DNA from: a virus
Virus record (IMG/VR): IMGVR_UViG_3300045988_183505
Location: 32,001 to 96,000 of that record
Direction: 5' to 3' (one strand)
DNA length: 64,000 nt
Shown: piece after piece, positions 15,423 to 24,122 of the stretch
How positions within the stretch are numbered: position 1 is the first letter of the stretch
Layout of the letters: each line of letters opens with the position of its first letter
Position numbers and translations under genes: made by a program
The notes under the pieces: generated by a model
The model's database searches: none
What the model saw: the letters and a program-made list of their open reading frames with translations, nothing else
What the model was told of the DNA's origin: nothing

Positions 15423-17768
15423 ATGGCAAACGACTTGAAAATCACGCCTGACCAGCTGGAAGAACCAATGCTGGACGAAGGCAAAGTGAATGTCAATTTG
15501 ACACTCTATGACAATCAGCTGGAAGAAATGGCAAGTCGTTCTTCTCTGTACCAGCACATCAGTGAAACACAGAATGCAGACGTGTCTTTCGCTGACTTGC
15601 TGGCAGATGACAGCACAACACTTCAAGCTTATACGGATTTTTATCCCGATAAGCCGCCAGAAACAACACTTAGCCTGCAAAGTGATACCTATGGCTGGTG
15701 CGATTTTGTTGTTCCAACGACAGATACTGAAAAGAATCAGCTGAAAGCCGGATTGGAAGATGTAGCAAGCAGGGAACACACAAGTGCCGATGCAATGATG
15801 TATGAAGTCTTCAAGGAAGAATGGATTGCAGACCACATTGATGATGTGACTATGACAGCTACTGAGGCATTATATGAGAACAGCGAAGAATCAATAGGAC
15901 TGACGTTTGAACAGTATGTGCAGGAGTACGGATTTGAAGACGGTTCTGCACCGCCCTCTTTTGCCGAGTTTTTGGAGAACGACTATACGGAAAGACCAGC
16001 AGAGCAGTCACAGCAGATGTCTTCTGCATCTCCGTATATGAGCAACGATTTTATAGAACAGCCGGAAGAAACTGCTCCTGCTGCGGAACAGTCAGATACT
16101 TCATCAACGAACAATGCGTATGAGCAGGAATATATGCTTTTAGACCGTTTGAAGTCTGATTGTGAATATTATCTCAACACAAATGCAACCGAAGAAAACA
16201 ATCATTTGTGGGCTGGCAATCCGGAAGCTCAGATTGAAAAAATGCAGGAGCTTTATGATATGCTCCCTGAAAAACCGGAATGGCTAACACAGGAAGACAT
16301 CAATCAATATGCACAGCAAATGATTCCGGAAAAGGAGGCTGAAATGGCAATTGCTACTGTTCAAGTCAGAAATATGTTGGTAAATGAGGACGGCAATCTC
16401 TTTGCCACGATGGAAGTGAATCGTTCTCGTATGGAAGAGATGCTAAATGATGCCAACTCGCCCTTGCTGAAAGGAAAAGACATTCACGAGCTGGTTTATT
16501 TCAATGATGCAGCCTCTCCTATTTTGGCGGCGGAAATAAATCGTGATGAATCCGTGCAGGTTTCTGCAATCATGAGGGACGGTTACGAGGAAATTGAAGT
16601 ACCCTTGTCTCTTGATGATAATACAATTGCAGAAATCAAAGATGCTGTCAAAGAAAACGTGGAACAGAGCCTTGATGTTTCTGTCCAGCATTTTTTTGAA
16701 ACTGCCGAGCCGAATCATAATTACTCGCAGGAAGAAGTTCACGCTCTTGCCGAAACGGTCGGTAAATTCGTGACAGCATATCAGGAGGAGCAAGAGCCGG
16801 AAAAAGAATTTTCTCTGGAAAAGAATATTCAGCGTATCGAAGAGGGACTTACTTCTCCGGAAATTCTGCCCAGACTTACTGCGGAACTGGACAAGGCGAT
16901 TGATGTTTCGCAACGAACAACCAGTGAAGGCATCTTCCTTCTTCCTGACAGAATCGTGGAGCAGGCGGTAGAAGTTGCACAGCAGATGGAAATGTACACA
17001 AAACCGCTGGGATTTGAAAAAAACGAGATTGTACAGTTTGACGGCGAAGTTATTATGGACACCGAGACTGCCGATGGAGAAACAAAGCCAACCATCAATC
17101 TGGCGTTGTACATGACAGACGATTTTATGGAACAGGCTCTGGATAGAGCTGGCATTTTTGATGTAAACAATCCAGCTTATCAAGCAGACAGCTTTGAAGA
17201 GCTGATGTTCAATGAAGACGGCACATTCAAAACCTATGTAAACGGCTACATTGATATTTCTGAAAACAAAGAAGTAGACTTCCGTCTGTATACCAGTGGC
17301 GATGCTGAAATAAATGTTCCGCTTTCTGATTCTGAAAAACGTGTCGTGCTGGACAAAGCAGAAGCATATATCGAACAGGAAACCGGCATGACATTTGAGC
17401 AGAATATCGAAGACCTGCGGAACAGCTCTAATGACTGGTATGCGGTGAAAATGGATATTGGCGACACAGTAAATGCTTTCTTTGAAAATGGTGGGGCAGA
17501 GCCGACCACTTCAAAAAGTGGCACATTTACAGTAGCAAAAGCTCCGGAAGGGGAAGCTATCCAACTGATTGACAATGACCTGAAAATGTCTATGGCTGAA
17601 ATGACACCGGCAGACAATGGGTACGTTATCCAAAACTCCATTAACGCAGTTATCAAAGAAGGACTGGAAAATGGCTTAAAACGTGCGGACATGGTTGCTT
17701 CTCAGGAAGTCCAAAAAGAGCAGCCTGCACCGGAAAAGAAGCACAAACAGTCTATCGAAAGAGACTAA
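15423..17768 (+). CDS. large highly acidic protein, unknown function, ERD-type C-terminal tail
   Basis: 781 aa and D/E-rich throughout. AAAGGA RBS. Ends ...PEKKHKQSIERD. Confidence 0.8.
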   Translation: MANDLKITPDQLEEPMLDEGKVNVNLTLYDNQLEEMASRSSLYQHISETQNADVSFADLLADDSTTLQAYTDFYPDKPPETTLSLQSDTYGWCDFVVPTTDTEKNQLKAGLEDVASREHTSADAMMYEVFKEEWIADHIDDVTMTATEALYENSEESIGLTFEQYVQEYGFEDGSAPPSFAEFLENDYTERPAEQSQQMSSASPYMSNDFIEQPEETAPAAEQSDTSSTNNAYEQEYMLLDRLKSDCEYYLNTNATEENNHLWAGNPEAQIEKMQELYDMLPEKPEWLTQEDINQYAQQMIPEKEAEMAIATVQVRNMLVNEDGNLFATMEVNRSRMEEMLNDANSPLLKGKDIHELVYFNDAASPILAAEINRDESVQVSAIMRDGYEEIEVPLSLDDNTIAEIKDAVKENVEQSLDVSVQHFFETAEPNHNYSQEEVHALAETVGKFVTAYQEEQEPEKEFSLEKNIQRIEEGLTSPEILPRLTAELDKAIDVSQRTTSEGIFLLPDRIVEQAVEVAQQMEMYTKPLGFEKNEIVQFDGEVIMDTETADGETKPTINLALYMTDDFMEQALDRAGIFDVNNPAYQADSFEELMFNEDGTFKTYVNGYIDISENKEVDFRLYTSGDAEINVPLSDSEKRVVLDKAEAYIEQETGMTFEQNIEDLRNSSNDWYAVKMDIGDTVNAFFENGGAEPTTSKSGTFTVAKAPEGEAIQLIDNDLKMSMAEMTPADNGYVIQNSINAVIKEGLENGLKRADMVASQEVQKEQPAPEKKHKQSIERD

Positions 17769-17793
17769 ATCAAATACAGAAAGGATAATCAAC

Positions 17794-18114
17794 ATGAGAA
17801 AAAAAGATGCAGTTGCAGAAAAGACGCTGGCGAAAATTCGCAAAGAAGAAGATAAACTGGCTGGTCTTGAACTGAAAAAAGAAGAACTGGAAAATCAAAT
17901 CAAGGAATGCAAGGCTGGTATTGCAGAACTGCGAAAGCAGGAAAAGCGTGAGAAGCTGGAAGCTATCGCTGAACTGAATGATAAAGCTGGCATTTCTTTG
18001 GACGACCTTCTGAAAGCTGCTCAGTCTGGAGACTTTTTCTCTTTGCAGGAAAAGCTGGAGCAGGCAAGCGAACCACACGACACTTCTGTTTCTGCTGACA
18101 CAGATGCAGAATAG
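17794..18114 (+). CDS. small coiled-coil protein
   Basis: The start is refined to ATG 17794 (GAAAGGA upstream). The heptad-rich sequence resembles small coiled-coil (DUF4315-like) proteins of Firmicute conjugative elements. That resemblance is from memory and is low confidence. Confidence 0.6.
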   Translation: MRKKDAVAEKTLAKIRKEEDKLAGLELKKEELENQIKECKAGIAELRKQEKREKLEAIAELNDKAGISLDDLLKAAQSGDFFSLQEKLEQASEPHDTSVSADTDAE

Positions 18115-18142
18115 TGGTTATACATAAAACCTTCCTTCTTAG

Positions 18143-18174
18143 GGCTGTTTGTCTGCGGATAAGCAGCCTTTTTT
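18143..18174 (+). terminator. intrinsic terminator (contains copy 3 of CTGCGGATAAGCAG)
   Basis: GGCTGTTT-gtctgcggat-AAGCAGCC forms an 8-bp stem with one G-U pair, followed by TTTTTT. Confidence 0.65.
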
Positions 18175-18196
18175 CAAAACAGAAAGAGGTGATACT

Positions 18197-18733
18197 TTGA
18201 ACGGCAATTGCCACTTTATCTTTGGTGCAAGTGTTGGTGCATCTCTGGCAATGAATATTGATAAGTTGGATTTCTTCTTTCCCCGAATTATGGACACACC
18301 GGAAATGGCAGTCTTGTTTGTTATGGGTGGTCTTCTCGGCGGTATCTTTCCGGATATTGATAACCCTACTAGCTATGTTGGAAAGCTGACAGCACCAGTA
18401 AGCCGATGGCTCGGCAAGGTTTCAGCTACAATGGGGAAGGAAGGCTGGAATCACAGAGGTATTCTTCATGACCCGATTGTCTATTTGATAGGACTGTTTT
18501 TATGCACTTATCAATTTCCACCGCTGATAGGATTCTTTGTCGGCTGTCTCTCTCACTTGTTTTTAGATATGTTCAATCCAGTAGGCATACCATTTCTTTT
18601 TGGCGTAAAACATCTTCGGCTTGCAAAAGTCCCTAGCAGCAGTAAGCAAGCAATCACTTTGACGTGGATTGCTACTGGAGCAGTATTCTTTGCAGGACTG
18701 GCAGGGTGCTTCTATCCTGCTCTTCTATCTTAA
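18197..18733 (+). CDS. YdjM/DUF457-like membrane-bound metal-dependent hydrolase
   Basis: TTG start at 18197 follows GAAAGAGGTG. Motifs HFIFGA..., FPDIDNPTS, HRGILHD and SHLFLDMFNP sit in hydrophobic helices. Confidence 0.7.
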   Translation: MNGNCHFIFGASVGASLAMNIDKLDFFFPRIMDTPEMAVLFVMGGLLGGIFPDIDNPTSYVGKLTAPVSRWLGKVSATMGKEGWNHRGILHDPIVYLIGLFLCTYQFPPLIGFFVGCLSHLFLDMFNPVGIPFLFGVKHLRLAKVPSSSKQAITLTWIATGAVFFAGLAGCFYPALLS

Positions 18734-18776
18734 ATCATACGCAAATAAACCCGCATAAACTGAAAGGAAACATAAA

Positions 18777-19757
18777 ATGAAAGCTTCGTTATTTTTGCTG
18801 ATTATCTTCGTCCTTGTTGTTCTTGCTTCAAGGGTTCGTGTTGTGCCACAGGCATACATTGTAGTTGTGGAACGACTGGGAACATTCTATAAGCAGTGGG
18901 GAGCTGGTGTCCATTTTTTGATGCCGGTACTGGATAAGCAGGCAAGAAAAATCTCTATCAAGGAGCAGGTGGTAGACTTTAAGCCACAGGCGGTTATCAC
19001 AAAGGATAATGTTACCATGCAGATTGATACTGTTATCTTCTATCAGGTCATGGACGCTGTAAAGTATGTGTACGGCGTAGAAAAGCCAATGCAAGCGATT
19101 GAGAATCTGACTGCGACAACTCTCCGTAACATCATCGGCGATATGGAACTGGACGCAACGCTGACTTCTCGTGATGTTATCAATACTCGTATCACCGATA
19201 TTCTTGACCACGCAACCGACCGCTGGGGAATCAAAGTTCTGCGAGTAGAATTGAAAAACATTCTGCCGCCAGCAGAGATTCGTGATGCTATGGAAAAACA
19301 GATGAAGGCAGAGCGTGAAAAGCGTGAGAAAATTTTGAAGGCACAGGGCGAACGTGAATATCAGGTCACTGTTGCACAGGGCGAAAAGGAAGCCAAAATT
19401 CTTCGGGCAGAGGCTGATAAGCAAACCGCAATCTTAAAAGCAGAGGCAGACAAGGAAGCTGTGATTCTTCGTGGTGAAGCAATCAAGGAGCAGAAAATGC
19501 GTATCGCTGTTGGTGAAGCTCAGGCTATTCGTGAAGTACAGGCTGCAACTGCGGAAAGCTTGGTGAAGCTGAATAATGCAAATCCGAATCAAGCTGTCCT
19601 GACATTAAAATCGCTGGAAGCCTTTGAAAAGGCTGCGGACGGCAAAGCAACTAAGATTATTATTCCCAGCGAGATTCAGGGCGTGGCTGGTCTTGCTGCC
19701 GGATTGAAAGGCGTACTGGAGCAAAATAGTGCCGAAAGCAATACAGAAGATAAATAA
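18777..19757 (+). CDS. SPFH/band-7 (stomatin/prohibitin-like) protein
   Basis: An N-terminal TM helix is followed by VVPQAYIVVVERLGTF...ITKDNV...NLTATTLRNIIGDMELD...WGIKV..VELKNI..P, then an A/E/K-rich coiled coil. Confidence 0.92.
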   Translation: MKASLFLLIIFVLVVLASRVRVVPQAYIVVVERLGTFYKQWGAGVHFLMPVLDKQARKISIKEQVVDFKPQAVITKDNVTMQIDTVIFYQVMDAVKYVYGVEKPMQAIENLTATTLRNIIGDMELDATLTSRDVINTRITDILDHATDRWGIKVLRVELKNILPPAEIRDAMEKQMKAEREKREKILKAQGEREYQVTVAQGEKEAKILRAEADKQTAILKAEADKEAVILRGEAIKEQKMRIAVGEAQAIREVQAATAESLVKLNNANPNQAVLTLKSLEAFEKAADGKATKIIIPSEIQGVAGLAAGLKGVLEQNSAESNTEDK

Positions 19758-19811
19758 TCGTAAGTATATAAGTACAGCAGCTATACAAAACAACAAAATA
19801 ACGATATTGTA

Positions 19812-19840
19812 TTGACAGTGCAGTTTTTTCGTATTATAAT
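19812..19840 (+). promoter_or_regulatory. consensus sigma-A-type promoter
   Basis: TTGACA (19812-19817), 17-nt spacer, TATAAT (19835-19840). Confidence 0.75.
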
Positions 19841-19846
19841 AGTAGT

Positions 19847-20077
19847 TGTGGGAAACCACTAAGCTGGTTGCTCTTTTTCCTACGCTCCGGAAACTTTTTC
19901 ACTCATGTTACGTTTCCAGAGCTAGGCTTGAACGCACCGCCGGAAGGTGCTTAATGATAAAAACGGTGTAATCCGATGGACAGTCCGTTATACGTTTGAA
20001 AGTATCCGTTGTCGGGCTGACAATAGGTACACCGAAGTAGCAGGCATTGTCAATATCGGCAGTGCCTGTTTTCTTTT
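19847..20077 (+). promoter_or_regulatory. structured 5' leader or candidate cis-regulatory RNA ending in a terminator
   Basis: About 230 nt lie between the consensus promoter and the RBS of 20098. Stems seen: GTGG-GAAA-CCAC, CTCCGGAAAC/GTTTCCAGAG, GCACC-gccggaa-GGTGC, long-range CGGTGTA/TACACCG, TTGTC-gggct-GACAA. The terminal hairpin CAGGCATTGTC-aatatc-GGCAGTGCCTG (20041-20068) is followed by TTTTCTTTT. Confidence 0.55.
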
Positions 20078-20097
20078 ACCTTGAAAGGAAGATTACA

Positions 20098-21309
20098 ATG
20101 GAAAATTTACAGCAAAGCACCTATGAAAATGCTGGTCGCTTGATGAATCTTTATGATTACATGGCTGCTATCGGTGATGACAACTATGAAAATCTGTACG
20201 ATGATATTACCCAAGATGTCGATGTGAGATACAGAAGTGATGACAGTGATTATCAGGAATGGGTTGACCAGCTGGCAAAAGAGCATGATTTGTTCTCGAA
20301 AGAAAGCATGGAGAAAATCAATGCTCGATTTGAACCTCAGATTTTTGTAGCAGACGATTCTGCCAAAATCGCTCCTGTTGTATATGATAACCAATACGAC
20401 ACCTATCTGACGTTGGACAAATTTGCAGATGAACTTGAAAGCTATGCAGATATGGACATTGAAGGGGAGAATGAGGTTTATCAAGAAGGTTACTTTTCTC
20501 CTTATTACATGGACGAACCGCCAACAAAAAAAGTTTCCTTTTCCGGCACTTTGGAAACAAGTATGCGTGAACTGGTTCAGGACTTTTATCAGTGGCTGGG
20601 TGAAATTGACGATGAAATCGCACAGCATCTGGAGCAGGTGAGTGAAGATAAGAATATCCCAGCAAGTGAGGTTGCTGTCCTTGCAATCAGCCAGTCTGAC
20701 CGATTGATGACAGCAAACGACTATCTCGTTGCATCGTCTCCAGATATTTATTCCATGTATGAAGATATTGCTGATTACGGATTCAATTACGATGTGAATT
20801 TAGATAACAGCCTGCTCCAGAGCAAGATGCCAGAAATCGAAAAAATTATTCAGGAACATGGTGGCGTTTCCAATCGTACACAGGACGAACTGGAAGACCG
20901 CTTTGAACCACAGGTGCTTGTACGAGACGGCGGCGAAGCAATTGTTACTCCGCTGGTGTACGACAATCAGGAAAATAAGTATATTACAGTCAGCAGTGTG
21001 GCTGATACGTTGAAGGAGATGCTGATTCCTGATGTTCATGGTGAAATCACTGCTGAAAATGGTGAATCTATTCCGTTCAATGCACACATGGACGTAGAAA
21101 GCGAATCTAAACGTATCCTTGCAGACAGCTACAAGCAAAATGCAACATACTTGAAGGAGGCACTTGTCGAAGTAAGAGAGGCATACAAAGATGATATGCC
21201 GAAGCTGAAAGCTACTGTTGACCATTTCAAAGAAAAAATGTCCATTCTGTATGATAAGCGGCAATCAGAAGTGCAGCCCAAAAAAGATTCACAGAACATA
21301 GAGCGATAA
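20098..21309 (+). CDS. acidic protein with an internal ~40-aa duplication, ERD-type tail
   Basis: The start is refined to ATG 20098 (GAAAGGAAG RBS). RFEPQ(I/V)...VYDNQ...(L/V)..(F/V)AD.L occurs twice. Ends ...QPKKDSQNIER. Confidence 0.75.
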   Translation: MENLQQSTYENAGRLMNLYDYMAAIGDDNYENLYDDITQDVDVRYRSDDSDYQEWVDQLAKEHDLFSKESMEKINARFEPQIFVADDSAKIAPVVYDNQYDTYLTLDKFADELESYADMDIEGENEVYQEGYFSPYYMDEPPTKKVSFSGTLETSMRELVQDFYQWLGEIDDEIAQHLEQVSEDKNIPASEVAVLAISQSDRLMTANDYLVASSPDIYSMYEDIADYGFNYDVNLDNSLLQSKMPEIEKIIQEHGGVSNRTQDELEDRFEPQVLVRDGGEAIVTPLVYDNQENKYITVSSVADTLKEMLIPDVHGEITAENGESIPFNAHMDVESESKRILADSYKQNATYLKEALVEVREAYKDDMPKLKATVDHFKEKMSILYDKRQSEVQPKKDSQNIER

Positions 21310-21372
21310 TTGTGATAACGGTTACGATGTGATAAAATTAAACAAATACACATTAGAAAGTTGGGATAAATT

Positions 21373-22239
21373 ATGGGTTTTGCATCAAAAGAACAAGTTG
21401 ACACAATTTCAGCACTAACTTCGCAGCTATATCGCTACTACTCTACCGCCTATTATGAAGGAGTGTACAGCGGCAAATTAGATAAAGCCATTGAACACGA
21501 CTTGATTCCATGGCTTTTGGAATTGAAAAAAGAAGTGGAAGCAGAAGGTTGCCACTTAGATTCGATGGGGGTTTATTTCAGAAATGACAGACCTGTCTTA
21601 CAGTATGGCAGAACTGTCGTATGCAGTTATGACGCTATGGACAATGCCACTATGCGAAAGCTAAAGCTTCCGCTTACCGATGTTAAATTGGTTCGGAAAG
21701 AAGTAGAGGCTGACCTTTATCAGATGATAATGGACTTAAAATCTGGTATGACTGTGGAACAGTTTGCAGAGAAGTATCGTGGAAATGATATATACCACGG
21801 CGTTCCAGAACTGGAGCAGCACATACTGGAGCAGATAAGTTCCGGCAACAGTGATGACGTAACACTTAATGCTATAATCGCCAATGGAAAATCAGTTTCT
21901 GTTATTAGAGCAAATCTTCAATCAGACCTTGCCGTAGCAAAATTTCTATCTCAAAACTACCTTGTTCGTGTGGGATATAACGATGGTAAGATTGTTCTGG
22001 GAGATTCTGTTATAGACCGTTATGCCATTCGGGTTCGCTGTATAAAAAGTGACGCAAATGCAAGTTTCAAAAAAGACCCACTCAAAATCAAATGTTTTGA
22101 GGTGGATTTGAAATTTGCAAATGGGAACAGAAGTTTACTGACATTTAGACCGAGTGATAGCCCTTTTTATGTTCCGCAAATAGAAAAGGTTTTAACTGAA
22201 AATGCAATTGGAGAGGAGAAGAAACAACGTGGACGGTAA
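21373..22239 (+). CDS. hypothetical protein
   Basis: 288-aa ORF in the co-directional array. No family recognised. Confidence 0.65.
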   Translation: MGFASKEQVDTISALTSQLYRYYSTAYYEGVYSGKLDKAIEHDLIPWLLELKKEVEAEGCHLDSMGVYFRNDRPVLQYGRTVVCSYDAMDNATMRKLKLPLTDVKLVRKEVEADLYQMIMDLKSGMTVEQFAEKYRGNDIYHGVPELEQHILEQISSGNSDDVTLNAIIANGKSVSVIRANLQSDLAVAKFLSQNYLVRVGYNDGKIVLGDSVIDRYAIRVRCIKSDANASFKKDPLKIKCFEVDLKFANGNRSLLTFRPSDSPFYVPQIEKVLTENAIGEEKKQRGR

Positions 22240-23317
22240 TCAATCTATCAATCAGATGTTAGCAATCCACAAGGAGCAGGAACTGGAAATTCAGAACATG
22301 GATTTTCAGAACCTGTCCGACCATGACAAACAAGTTCTTGCTGAATATGCAGAAACCAAAGTGTTGCTGCATAATACAGCAAATGTAATTCAATTTGTCC
22401 AAAACTCTGCACAGGTTATTACAGACGAAAATGGACAAAAGCAGGCAGTAGGTATGCTGGATAAGGAATCTTATGCGGAGCTTTCTGTATTTGCTACCAT
22501 GAATCAAAATCCGGAACTTCTGGAAATGGCGAAGCAAAGTCAGATAACCGAACTGCCGCTTTCTGAAAAAGCTGCCCTCTGGGAAAAAGGGGAGAACACG
22601 CAGCAAGAAATTTTGCTTCACACGCCAGCTACTGTTGATAATTTTGTAGAAGCTGGATACGACAGTTTCTATGTTGGAGATGGCACTGTTGAAGTGCTGG
22701 ACGCAACACTTGCAGATGCGATGGAGCTGATGAAAGATTATGGTATTGACCAATCTGATGTGTATAACAGTACACGGGAACAATTCCGACTGATGCAGGA
22801 ACAGCAGTCACTTGTGAACTATGAATACACCGAAAAAGAGCAGGAACTTTCTGAGGAAAATGAATATTTACAGCGGCAGATGGAATTACAGGAAATTGCA
22901 AAACAAGCCGTTGAAGAAAACTACTCCAAAGATGATAAAGACGGTTTGCAGGAACGGTTCTCTCTCACTACAGAAGAAGTTGCTGCCGTTGCTGTTGCAA
23001 TGCAGACTTACGAATGGATAAAGCTTGCAGAAGCATGGGAACAGGAGAACCTTGCCGAGAAAACAAAAGAACAAGAGCCTGCTGAAATCGTAGAAAGCTC
23101 TGATGGGTATGTCATGGCAATGAGCAAAATGACACCGCAGAATGAGAAACAGCTGCAATCCAGAATTGAGAACGGCAATGAGGTAATTCATCATGAAACA
23201 GCAAGGGAAACAACAACAGACCCTGCACAGGTGAAACCGAATGTAAAGCTGGAAACAGCTCAAAACAAAGGCACACAAGAAAAGAAAGCAAGACAGGTAG
23301 ATTATGACAGGGATTAA
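22229..23317 (+). CDS. acidic hypothetical protein, ERD-type tail
   Basis: The frame is open from 22202. GTG 22229 has GGAGAGGAG about 10 nt upstream, and ATG 22256 is an alternative start. Ends ...EKKARQVDYDRD. Confidence 0.65.
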   Translation: MDGNQSINQMLAIHKEQELEIQNMDFQNLSDHDKQVLAEYAETKVLLHNTANVIQFVQNSAQVITDENGQKQAVGMLDKESYAELSVFATMNQNPELLEMAKQSQITELPLSEKAALWEKGENTQQEILLHTPATVDNFVEAGYDSFYVGDGTVEVLDATLADAMELMKDYGIDQSDVYNSTREQFRLMQEQQSLVNYEYTEKEQELSEENEYLQRQMELQEIAKQAVEENYSKDDKDGLQERFSLTTEEVAAVAVAMQTYEWIKLAEAWEQENLAEKTKEQEPAEIVESSDGYVMAMSKMTPQNEKQLQSRIENGNEVIHHETARETTTDPAQVKPNVKLETAQNKGTQEKKARQVDYDRD

Positions 23318-23330
23318 AAGAAAGTAGCCT

Positions 23331-23359
23331 TTGGTATATCTTGTTATACCAATACTACT
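23331..23359. repeat. recombinase core-type site B (29 nt identical to site C)
   Basis: TTGGTATA-TCTTGT-TATACCAA-TACTACT, in the 125-nt gap between 23317 and 23442. Confidence 0.7.
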
Positions 23360-23441
23360 ATTATTTGCCCTATTTATTTTTATCAAAAAATAACGAAAAA
23401 CCACCTGTACAACAACTCATAAGCAAGACGAAAGGATTCAT

Positions 23442-23825
23442 ATGAATAGCTTATATAACATTTTTCAAAATGAAAAAGAGCGGAATCCGGATATGACCGT
23501 GTACTACAACAAGCAGACGAACTCTATCTCTTATCGGAATGAAGAAGGCACTTTGACAGCATTGTTTCGTGGAGAGAATGAGTATTTCTACTTCAAATCT
23601 CCAAACAAAAAGCCGGAAGAAATGCAGACCAATATCGGAGATATGATTCTTAACACCTATGGTGAAAAGAATGGCATTATCCGTGGCAGAATGCAAAATG
23701 AATTTTTCGATACGCCGGAACGATTTAAGCGTCTGGCAAAAGATTATCAGAACTGCCGAGATGAAATCGGCATTGATGACAACCCTAAGAAATCAACAAA
23801 GCGTAAAAACGTAGAAAGGGATTAA
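23442..23825 (+). CDS. hypothetical protein, ERD-type tail
   Basis: 127 aa. GAAAGGA RBS. Ends ...NPKKSTKRKNVERD. Confidence 0.65.
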   Translation: MNSLYNIFQNEKERNPDMTVYYNKQTNSISYRNEEGTLTALFRGENEYFYFKSPNKKPEEMQTNIGDMILNTYGEKNGIIRGRMQNEFFDTPERFKRLAKDYQNCRDEIGIDDNPKKSTKRKNVERD

Positions 23826-23827
23826 GT

Positions 23828-24118
23828 ATGAGCATGGAATCAAAAACCTATGAGAATGTGTATCTCGCATTCTCCCCTGACAAAGATGTGGAATTTCTGA
23901 ATGACAATCTGTCGAAACCGATTATCGGCACATTGAAAATCAACTTCAAAGAAACTCATATGTCTTTTACCTTCCGCAGTACGAACACGAAGGAAATTTA
24001 CCATGATGAAACAACAATGGCATCTTCTCCGGACGAAATTGTTGTGGACAATGAATTTGTTCTTCCCTGCGAAGAAGGAAACTGGATATTCCGTTTTGTA
24101 GATGATAGAAAGGAGTAA
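23828..24118 (+). CDS. hypothetical protein
   Basis: 96 aa. It starts 2 nt after the upstream stop. Confidence 0.55.
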   Translation: MSMESKTYENVYLAFSPDKDVEFLNDNLSKPIIGTLKINFKETHMSFTFRSTNTKEIYHDETTMASSPDEIVVDNEFVLPCEEGNWIFRFVDDRKE

Positions 24119-24122
24119 ATGA

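Noticed and set aside
19847-20077. Faint resemblance of the leader to a glycine riboswitch (CACCGAAG..GCAGG, CCGGAAGGTGC).
   Set aside because: The strongly conserved GGAGAG and ACCGAAGGGGCAA cores are not present. The T-box, c-di-GMP, ZTP, SAM and cobalamin signatures I can recall are also absent. It is left unclassified.
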